Shown: piece by piece, positions 13,455-20,102 of the stretch
Layout: each line of letters opens with the position of its first letter
How positions within the stretch are numbered: the first letter of the stretch is position 1
Source: Huintestinicola butyrica
GTDB taxonomy: Bacteria; Bacillota; Clostridia; Oscillospirales; Ruminococcaceae
DNA: 32,000 bases
Assembly: GCF_025567215.1 (NCBI RefSeq)
Contig: NZ_JAOQKB010000002.1
Span: forward strand, 323,000 to 354,999
Reading direction: 5' to 3'
The notes under the pieces: generated by a model
What the model saw: the letters and a program-made list of their open reading frames with translations, nothing else
What the model was told of the DNA's origin: nothing
The model's database searches: none
Translations under genes and position numbers: made by a program

Positions 13455-16400
13455 TTGAGCAGCAAGAATAATAAAAAGAAAAAGAAGTCTCAGGCTCCAA
13501 AGACATCTGCTCAGGCTCAGAAGCCCAAGGCAGCAACGGAAGAGGTTGACGAAAAGAATATACCTGTCCAGAGTCTCAGCGAGATGCTGGCGTTTGCTCA
13601 CGAAGCGGAGGCCGACCTTGATAAAGCCGAGGAAAATGAGATTGATATAATAGTTCCCACTAAGAAGCCCGAAGAAAAGGCAGAAGCTAAACCTGCTGAG
13701 GCTCCCAAGGCAGAAGCAAAACCCCAGCAGCCCAAGACTGAGGCTAAGCCTGCGGAAGCTCCCAAGGCAGAAGCAAAGCCCCGGCAGCCCAAGACTGAGG
13801 CTAAGCCTGCGGAAGCTCCCAAGGCAGAAGCAAAGCCCCAGCAGCCTAAGGCTGAGACTAAGCCTGCTGAAGCTCCCAAGGCAGAAGAGCCTAAAACAGA
13901 AACTAAGCCCGTTTCGGGTCCTCCCATATCTGCGGAGGAGGCTGCAAGACGAGCAGCTTCCGAGGACGCTCTTGACAGAGACCTGGAAAACGCCCGCCGT
14001 CAGAAGCTCAAGGAAGAAGCATATCTCAAGCATCAGCGTGAGATGGAGCTGAAAAAGGAAGAAGAGCGCCTTGCAAAGGCAGAACAGGCAAAGCAGCGCC
14101 AGATATCCGCCATGGAAGCGGCTAAGAAGCGTGAGGAAACAAAGGCTGCCGAGGAAGCTCAGCAGAAGGCGGAAGCTCCCGCAGCTGCACCCGCACCTGC
14201 TAAAAGCACCAAGAAAAAGAACGCCACTGCAAGATACTTCAACCGCACCCTTATGTCCATGAACGCAGCAAAGGGTCTGGCAGTTGCACTTGTTGTTGTA
14301 CTGCTGGCTTACGGCGGCGCATTCATCTATGTAAACTCCCAGAATGAGGAGATCTACTCCGACCTTGAAAAGAAGCTTACAGGTCAGAGCAGACTGGTTT
14401 CCGATTCAAGCATACAGTACGAGATACCTGACACCTCTCCCCTTTCCGCCGAGGAAAAGACATCTCTGGGACTTAACGAGGGTCTGGAGGATTCCGACTG
14501 CGACGGTCTCACCGATTACTACGAGATAAACGTATCCAAGACCGATCCCGCAAATCCCGACTCCGACGGAGACGGTCTGCTGGACGGACGTGAGATAAGA
14601 GCGGGTCTTGATCCCCTTAATCCCACATCCGACGGCTCAACTCCCGATAATGAAGTTATCCGTGACAACACAGTTGCCGCCGAGCAGGTAAGGGCTGAGA
14701 TAAAGGGACAGCTCAAGACTGCATATACCACCGTTTCAAAGGTGAATAACAACAGTATCCAGGGTACTCCCGGACTTGTGGGCTATGCTTATGAGTTCTA
14801 TACCGACAAGAATTTTGATTCCTGCACCCTGACCTTCAGCTACACCGATAACCAGGCGGAAAACAAGAACGTGAACGAAAGCAATCTTTCTATCTTCCGC
14901 TTCAATGCCGACAAGCTGAGCTTCGACCAGCTCACCAGTGCCGTAAATTCTGACGCAAACACCGTTTCCGCCGAGATAACCGAAAATGGAATCTATGCCC
15001 TCTGCGACACAAGCATTCTTTCGGAAAAGGGCAGCACAAACGTGTTCTTCCTCATCGACAACTCAGGCTCCATGTACCCCGAAGAGCTTTGTGCTAACTC
15101 CGAGGAAAATGACGTTGAGTTCAAGCGCCTCGACTTTGCCGTAAACCTTATTGATATGCTGGGCGTTGAAGCAAATTACGGCGCAGGCGAATTTTCGGGC
15201 GGATATGCAAATATCACTCCCATTTCAAATGATGTCAACACTGTAAAGCAGAAGATTTCCGATATCAGAAACAAAAATCAGGTGTTCTCGGGAACCGAGA
15301 TCGCAGGCGCTATCACCAATGCGGTCAAGGAATTCGGCGGAATATCAAGCGCTGACAGGAACTACATAATCCTTCTGACCGACGGTATGCCCTCCGTTGC
15401 AAATGCCGCAAAGGACAAGGCTGCCATCGACGCTGCAAAGGCTGCAAATATCACAATATTTACTATCGGTCTCGGAAAATACATCGACGCTGAGTACCTT
15501 TACAGCATTGCCGAGCAGACAAACGGTCAGTTCTTCCAGGCTTCCAACGCTGACGCACTGGAAAACATCTACGAAAAGATCCAGAGCTTTATGTCCTACA
15601 ATCAGGTAACATTCGAGGAAGAAAGCGGCACAAAGGGCTATATCGTTGCTGATTCCGGCTTCAACGTTCTCAAGGACGGTATCGGCTACAACAACTTCCG
15701 CTCCGACTTTTCTCCCAACGGCGCTGACGTGGGAATTGCAGGACTTATCCGTGACTATTACACCGGCTCTCTTGAAATGTCCCGTGAGGGCTACACCACC
15801 GATGACGGCACATCAGTTCCCAGCTATGACATCAGCTCCATTTCGGGCATCACAGACGGCAAGGCAGACCTTAACAGCGTTGAGCTGGGCGCTCTTGCTT
15901 CCTACAATGAGTATATCCAGCGCAGCGACAAGTGGAACTACCGCAGCATAAAGGGCGGCACTCTCCACTACACAAACGATACCAGAGCATTCATTGACGA
16001 GGCAAACCTCAAGGTAATAACCTCTCACTATGATTATTCCGCACCCGAGCAGAGCGGATTTATGAAGTTCCTGCGTACAATCACCTTCAACAAGATAAAG
16101 GACTTTACCGATTATGAGTGCGTTCTTATCGACAGCAAGAACCTCCAGGGTGACGATCTGGCGATAATGAATATGCTCCGCTGGTACTGCGCAATTCCCG
16201 ATGCGGCTGACAAGTGCAATATACTTGACTTCGGATACAATGGCGATGAGGCATTTGACGAGCTTATCAACGAGCTTACCACAGGTACTCCTGCGCTCAT
16301 CACCTACGGCGGCTCCGCTATGAACGCTATCAGGATAATCCGTGACGAGGAAAATCCCGACCTGTTCGTTATTGACGCATACGACAGCAACAGCCCCGAA

Positions 16401-16523
16401 AGAAGCACAAGAATAACACTCAGAAGAACACCCGTTTATGACGGCGACACCATTCCCACATATCAGTATTCCGCTTCCAGAGGATCGGTAACGGAGCCTC
16501 TGAGAATAATTGTTGAAAAGTAA
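13455..16523 (+). CDS. Large single-pass membrane protein: cytoplasmic Lys/Ala/Pro/Glu repeat region, TM helix, TSP3-like Ca-binding repeats, beta-rich domain, VWA (MIDAS) domain, uncharacterised C-terminal domain
   Basis: 1022-aa ORF. The track start is a TTG at 13455 with a weak RBS, so the start is uncertain; the next in-frame ATG is 43 codons in. The only TM segment is LAVALVVVLLAYGGAFIYV, near residue 280. DSDCDGLTD..E...DP.NPDSDGDGLLDG.E...GLDPLNP lies at 14490-14636. The VWA domain has an intact DNSGS MIDAS motif (15057-15071), and later SGTEI and LLTDG. Confidence 0.82.
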   Translation: MSSKNNKKKKKSQAPKTSAQAQKPKAATEEVDEKNIPVQSLSEMLAFAHEAEADLDKAEENEIDIIVPTKKPEEKAEAKPAEAPKAEAKPQQPKTEAKPAEAPKAEAKPRQPKTEAKPAEAPKAEAKPQQPKAETKPAEAPKAEEPKTETKPVSGPPISAEEAARRAASEDALDRDLENARRQKLKEEAYLKHQREMELKKEEERLAKAEQAKQRQISAMEAAKKREETKAAEEAQQKAEAPAAAPAPAKSTKKKNATARYFNRTLMSMNAAKGLAVALVVVLLAYGGAFIYVNSQNEEIYSDLEKKLTGQSRLVSDSSIQYEIPDTSPLSAEEKTSLGLNEGLEDSDCDGLTDYYEINVSKTDPANPDSDGDGLLDGREIRAGLDPLNPTSDGSTPDNEVIRDNTVAAEQVRAEIKGQLKTAYTTVSKVNNNSIQGTPGLVGYAYEFYTDKNFDSCTLTFSYTDNQAENKNVNESNLSIFRFNADKLSFDQLTSAVNSDANTVSAEITENGIYALCDTSILSEKGSTNVFFLIDNSGSMYPEELCANSEENDVEFKRLDFAVNLIDMLGVEANYGAGEFSGGYANITPISNDVNTVKQKISDIRNKNQVFSGTEIAGAITNAVKEFGGISSADRNYIILLTDGMPSVANAAKDKAAIDAAKAANITIFTIGLGKYIDAEYLYSIAEQTNGQFFQASNADALENIYEKIQSFMSYNQVTFEEESGTKGYIVADSGFNVLKDGIGYNNFRSDFSPNGADVGIAGLIRDYYTGSLEMSREGYTTDDGTSVPSYDISSISGITDGKADLNSVELGALASYNEYIQRSDKWNYRSIKGGTLHYTNDTRAFIDEANLKVITSHYDYSAPEQSGFMKFLRTITFNKIKDFTDYECVLIDSKNLQGDDLAIMNMLRWYCAIPDAADKCNILDFGYNGDEAFDELINELTTGTPALITYGGSAMNAIRIIRDEENPDLFVIDAYDSNSPERSTRITLRRTPVYDGDTIPTYQYSASRGSVTEPLRIIVEK
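13686..13887 (+). repeat. In-frame 57-bp tandem repeat (about 3.5 copies) inside the VWA protein gene
   Basis: Units lie at 13686-13742, 13743-13799 and 13800-13856, plus a partial unit from 13857. Each encodes AKPAEAPKAEAKPQQPKTE. Units 2 and 3 differ at only a few positions. Confidence 0.95.
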
Positions 16524-16536
16524 TAATAACTTACAG

Positions 16537-16566
16537 GCTCCTGTCGGAAACGGCAGGAGCTTTTTT
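16537..16566 (+). terminator. Intrinsic terminator of the VWA protein gene
   Basis: GCTCCTGTCG (16537-16546) pairs with CGGCAGGAGC (16551-16560) around a GAAA tetraloop, followed by T6. Confidence 0.85.
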
Positions 16567-16721
16567 GTATATATTTTGCAATATTTTTTCACCCCTCCCT
16601 GCATATAATATCTCAAACCACATCAACTTTATCAGGTTACAGAATGAAAACAAAACGGTTTCAACAGCAGTAAAAAATGTTAAAGCATGAATACAAAAGG
16701 CTGACAATTCAGCAAAAGTCA

Positions 16722-16750
16722 TTGACATATCGGGCTTTGACTGGTATTAT
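16722..16750 (+). promoter_or_regulatory. Sigma-A-type promoter (extended -10) for the kinase-like gene
   Basis: TTGACA (16722-16727), 17-nt spacer, TGG-TATTAT (16742-16750). Confidence 0.5.
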
Positions 16751-16775
16751 AGTATAGCAGACTTATGTTTGCACG

Positions 16776-18764
16776 ATGTTTATGAAGGGAGATGCGAGTT
16801 TGGCTGATCTGAATTATAAGCTGTGTATGGGCTGCATGGAGCCAAAGGAGACCGAGGGCGCTTGCCCGCTTTGCGGTTACTCGCCCGATGTTCCGTATCT
16901 GCCGGCATATCTGCCTCCCAAAACCATTCTCAATGACAGGTACATCGTCGGCAAGCTTCTGAGGTATAACGGCGAGGGCGCTGAGTATATCGGCTTCGAT
17001 ACCGTTACCATGTCAAAGGTCACAATCAGGGAATATATGCCCGATACACTTTGCAGCAGAAATAAGGACAGCACGGTAATTTCTGTTAAGCAGAACTGCG
17101 TTGCCCAGTATAAAGCCTTTATGTCCGAATTTGTTGAGCTTAACAAGATGCTTGCAAAAATGCGGACTCTTAACCACATAAATCCGCCTATTGATATGTT
17201 CGGCGAGAATAACACAGGATATGTTATTTTCCGCTACATCGAGGGAATGAACCTGGCTAAGTACCTGAAAGAAAACGCAGGCGAGCTTACCTGGGAGGAA
17301 GTAAAGCGGATGTTCCCGCCTATCTTCACCACACTTTCCCTTGTACATAACGCTGGTCTTATCCACAGGGGCATATCCCCCGATAATATAATCGTCGGCG
17401 AAAAGAACGAGCTTAAACTCATAGGCTTCTGCATCGCTGACGCAAGAACTGCCAACACCGAGCTTGCTTCCGAGATATATCACGGCTATGCGGCTCCCGA
17501 GCAGTACAGCTCAAGCAACTGGCAGGGCACATGGACAGATATCTACGGTATCTGCGCACTGCTCTACAGAATGCTCACAGGCACTACTCCGATGGACGCT
17601 ATGGTGAGAATGACAAACGACACTCTCCCCGAGCCAAGGTCACTTAATCCCAATATCCCCGTCAACGTTTCAAAGGTCATTATGAACGGTATGGCGCTTT
17701 CGGGCGAAATGAGGATACAGACCGTTACCGAGCTTGTGACCCAGCTTTTTGAAGAGCCTGAGTTCAATAAAACAAGGACTGTATCTGCTACCCAGACCAT
17801 AACTATCCCCAAGCAGCACAGCACAAAAGGCCCCGTTGAGGAACCTGAGAAAAAGCCAGCAAAGAAGCCTATGAGCAAGCACAGAATATTTGTTATCGTA
17901 GGCGTGTGCGCAGCGGTTCTCCTGTGCGTTATAATGGGCATCATGATGATGGTGCTTGACGACAACAGTTCAACCGTGGCAAACGGAATAACCACTGCTC
18001 CCCAGGCAACTATCCCTGAGATCGGCGATATCGAATCGGAAGCATCGGGCAGTGTGACCTCCGCTCCTGACGGTTCGGCTCTCCCCAATGTTTCAACTAT
18101 CCCCACTCTGTCAGTAACGGTCTCCGACTCGGATACAAATCCTGCGGCAAATGAATCGCAGACAACTATCAAGGCAGGCGCTACCGTTTACATCATGAAC
18201 GACCTTGTGGGCAAGAATTACGATACCGTAAAGAACACCTCCATCAAGGACAATCTTACAATCACACCCGAGTATGTTTATACAGATGAATACAAAAAGG
18301 GTATCATATTCGAGCAGTCCATCGAAAAGGGCTCCAACTACGAAAAGGGCGCAGAGCTTACGCTGAAAATAAGCATGGGCCCCGCAAAGGTAGTAGTCCC
18401 AGACTTCTACGGACTGAACAAGAAGGATTATTTCGCTATCCTCAACAGCGAAGGCATCAAGTACGAGGAAAAGGCGTATGAGACCACCAACACCCTCAAT
18501 GACTACGTTGCATGGATAAGCATTGAACCCGGTGAGTACATCGACCTAGAAGCAGGAGAAGTGCTTTCCGTATTCGTTGCGGTAAATCCTGACAACACCG
18601 CCCCCTCCGAGACGGAGACATCGCCTTCGGCAACAACTGAGACAACTACCGAAAGCACTCCATGGGTAACTACCTCCGTCCCCGATTTCACCCTCTGGAC
18701 AGAGTTCGAGACAACTCCTGCCCTTACGGATGAACCCGATATCACAATCAGATACGACTACTGA
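16776..18764 (+). CDS. Hanks-type Ser/Thr kinase homolog with N-terminal zinc ribbon, TM helix and two PASTA-like domains; catalytic residues degenerate (predicted pseudokinase)
   Basis: 662-aa ORF. The start is uncertain: ATG at 16776 or 16782, or TTG at 16800 after GGGAGA. CMGC...CPLCG ribbon. The kinase fold is recognisable from HRGISPDN, YAAPEQ and DIYGICALLYRMLTG. TM segment is IFVIVGVCAAVLLCVIMGIMMMV. Two LVGKNY...G..L.L..S.G / VPDFYGL...G..L.V.VA units look like PASTA domains. Thr/Ser/Pro/Glu-rich tail. Confidence 0.82.
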   Translation: MFMKGDASLADLNYKLCMGCMEPKETEGACPLCGYSPDVPYLPAYLPPKTILNDRYIVGKLLRYNGEGAEYIGFDTVTMSKVTIREYMPDTLCSRNKDSTVISVKQNCVAQYKAFMSEFVELNKMLAKMRTLNHINPPIDMFGENNTGYVIFRYIEGMNLAKYLKENAGELTWEEVKRMFPPIFTTLSLVHNAGLIHRGISPDNIIVGEKNELKLIGFCIADARTANTELASEIYHGYAAPEQYSSSNWQGTWTDIYGICALLYRMLTGTTPMDAMVRMTNDTLPEPRSLNPNIPVNVSKVIMNGMALSGEMRIQTVTELVTQLFEEPEFNKTRTVSATQTITIPKQHSTKGPVEEPEKKPAKKPMSKHRIFVIVGVCAAVLLCVIMGIMMMVLDDNSSTVANGITTAPQATIPEIGDIESEASGSVTSAPDGSALPNVSTIPTLSVTVSDSDTNPAANESQTTIKAGATVYIMNDLVGKNYDTVKNTSIKDNLTITPEYVYTDEYKKGIIFEQSIEKGSNYEKGAELTLKISMGPAKVVVPDFYGLNKKDYFAILNSEGIKYEEKAYETTNTLNDYVAWISIEPGEYIDLEAGEVLSVFVAVNPDNTAPSETETSPSATTETTTESTPWVTTSVPDFTLWTEFETTPALTDEPDITIRYDY

Positions 18765-18822
18765 TGTGATGAACTATTAAGCTTGTGAAGAACAAAGACA
18801 AGGAACAACACGGAAAAATAGA

Positions 18823-18870
18823 AGCTCCGTCCCGTAACAGAAAAATAACGGGACGGAGCTTTGTGTTTTA
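18823..18870 (+). terminator. Intrinsic terminator of the kinase-like gene
   Basis: AGCTCCGTCCCGT (18823-18835) pairs with ACGGGACGGAGCT (18848-18860), a perfect 13-bp stem, followed by TTGTGTTTTATTT. Confidence 0.85.
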
Positions 18871-18961
18871 TTTATAATGCTGTGCGGGCACATTTTGAAT
18901 TTTGTCCGTACCTGCACCTTACGACGGGAAGCAAAAATATTTTTTTCAAAAAGCGTTTTAT

Positions 18962-18997
18962 CAAATCAAAAGCCCGCACTCACAAAGAGTACGGGCT
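18962..18997 (-). terminator. Intrinsic terminator of azlCD
   Basis: An 11-bp stem joins 18971-18981 and 18987-18997. Its single mismatch is a G-U pair only on the minus strand. It is followed on that strand by TTTGATTT. Confidence 0.7.
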
Positions 18998-19011
18998 TTT
19001 ATAGTGTCAAA

Positions 19012-19317
19012 TTATAAAAACAATCCCGAAATAAACACCGCAGCGGCTGCCACAAGAGCAACCACGATAAGCGGCATATCGAACAGGGCAAGTATCACTG
19101 CCGCAGCCGTTCCGATAACTGCCTGAACAGTAAATTCATCGCCCACACAATAAAAAATTGCGGGTATGGTCATTGCGCTCAGCACCGCATAAGGGATATA
19201 ATAGAGAAATCTGCGGAAGAACTTTGACTTTATCTCTTTTCTGAAAAGGGTGAGGGGCAGCATTCTTATAAGATATGTAACGCCTGCCATTACCGCAACG
19301 TATGCGACTATGCTCAT
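19012..19317 (-). CDS. azlD: Branched-chain amino acid transport protein AzlD
   Basis: 101-aa hydrophobic protein (..AG.TYLIR.LP..LF......FF.RFL.YIPYAVL). It overlaps the upstream azlC stop by 4 nt. Confidence 0.85.
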   Translation of the reverse strand: MSIVAYVAVMAGVTYLIRMLPLTLFRKEIKSKFFRRFLYYIPYAVLSAMTIPAIFYCVGDEFTVQAVIGTAAAVILALFDMPLIVVALVAAAAVFISGLFL

Positions 19318-20015
19318 TCTTCCTCAGCCCCCTCTTCGTCCTTAAAGAGCATTGCTCCCAGTGCGGAAGCGCCTGCACCGCTGATTATGATAGCAAATCC
19401 GCTGCTTACCATGGTAAGCACATATTTGAACATCAGCGACAGTATTGCCGCAAATATGGCGACGGAAAGCACGCTCTTCTTGCGCTTCGCAACGGGGATA
19501 ACTATTGCAATGAACATTCCGTACAGCACTATTCCCATGGCGTTTATTATGGACTGGGGAAGTATCTGACCCGAAAATGCGCCGATGAACGTGCCTATGC
19601 TCCAGCCAAGGAACGATACAAGTATCAGCCCGTACATATATTGCGGAGATACTTTTTTGGGCTGTGCGGATGCCACGGCGAATATCTCATCGGTGATGCC
19701 GTAGGATACAAGCATTCTCCTCGGCGTATTAAAGCTGCTGTCCAGCTTTCTTGACAGCGACAGACCCATAAGTGCATATCTCAGGTTGATGACAAGCTGA
19801 GTCAGCGCCATTTCAAAAAGTGAGCCTCCTGCTGCTATGACCGTAACGCCCATTACCTGACCTGCGGAGGTAAGGTTCGTTACCGATATGCCCACTGCCT
19901 GAGCCACTGTAAGCCCCATATTAACGGCAAGTATGCCAAATCCGAAGGACACGGAAAGATATCCCAATGCTATTGGTATGCCGTGCCTCATTCCTTTAAA
20001 AAAATCCGAACTCAT
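19314..20015 (-). CDS. azlC: AzlC family branched-chain amino acid exporter permease
   Basis: 233-aa polytopic protein (G.P...GY..V.F.FG..A...GL....A...S....AG..Q ... L.INLRY..M). Paired with azlD. Confidence 0.85.
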   Translation of the reverse strand: MSSDFFKGMRHGIPIALGYLSVSFGFGILAVNMGLTVAQAVGISVTNLTSAGQVMGVTVIAAGGSLFEMALTQLVINLRYALMGLSLSRKLDSSFNTPRRMLVSYGITDEIFAVASAQPKKVSPQYMYGLILVSFLGWSIGTFIGAFSGQILPQSIINAMGIVLYGMFIAIVIPVAKRKKSVLSVAIFAAILSLMFKYVLTMVSSGFAIIISGAGASALGAMLFKDEEGAEEE

Positions 20016-20035
20016 AAAAAATCCTTTCCAAACGC

Positions 20036-20064
20036 AGAAAAACAGCCGACTTGCGGTCGGCTGT
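20036..20064 (-). terminator. Intrinsic terminator of glgP
   Basis: ACAGCCGAC (20042-20050) pairs with GTCGGCTGT (20056-20064), a 9-bp stem, followed on the minus strand by T5. Confidence 0.75.
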
Positions 20065-20102
20065 TGATTTCAGTCGTCTTTGACCTTCTGTTTATGGAAA
20101 TA

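Noticed and set aside
13686-13887. Regularly spaced repeats that might be mistaken for a CRISPR array.
   Set aside because: The units are directly abutting 57-bp tandem copies with no unique spacers. They are in frame inside a long ORF and encode a peptide repeat.
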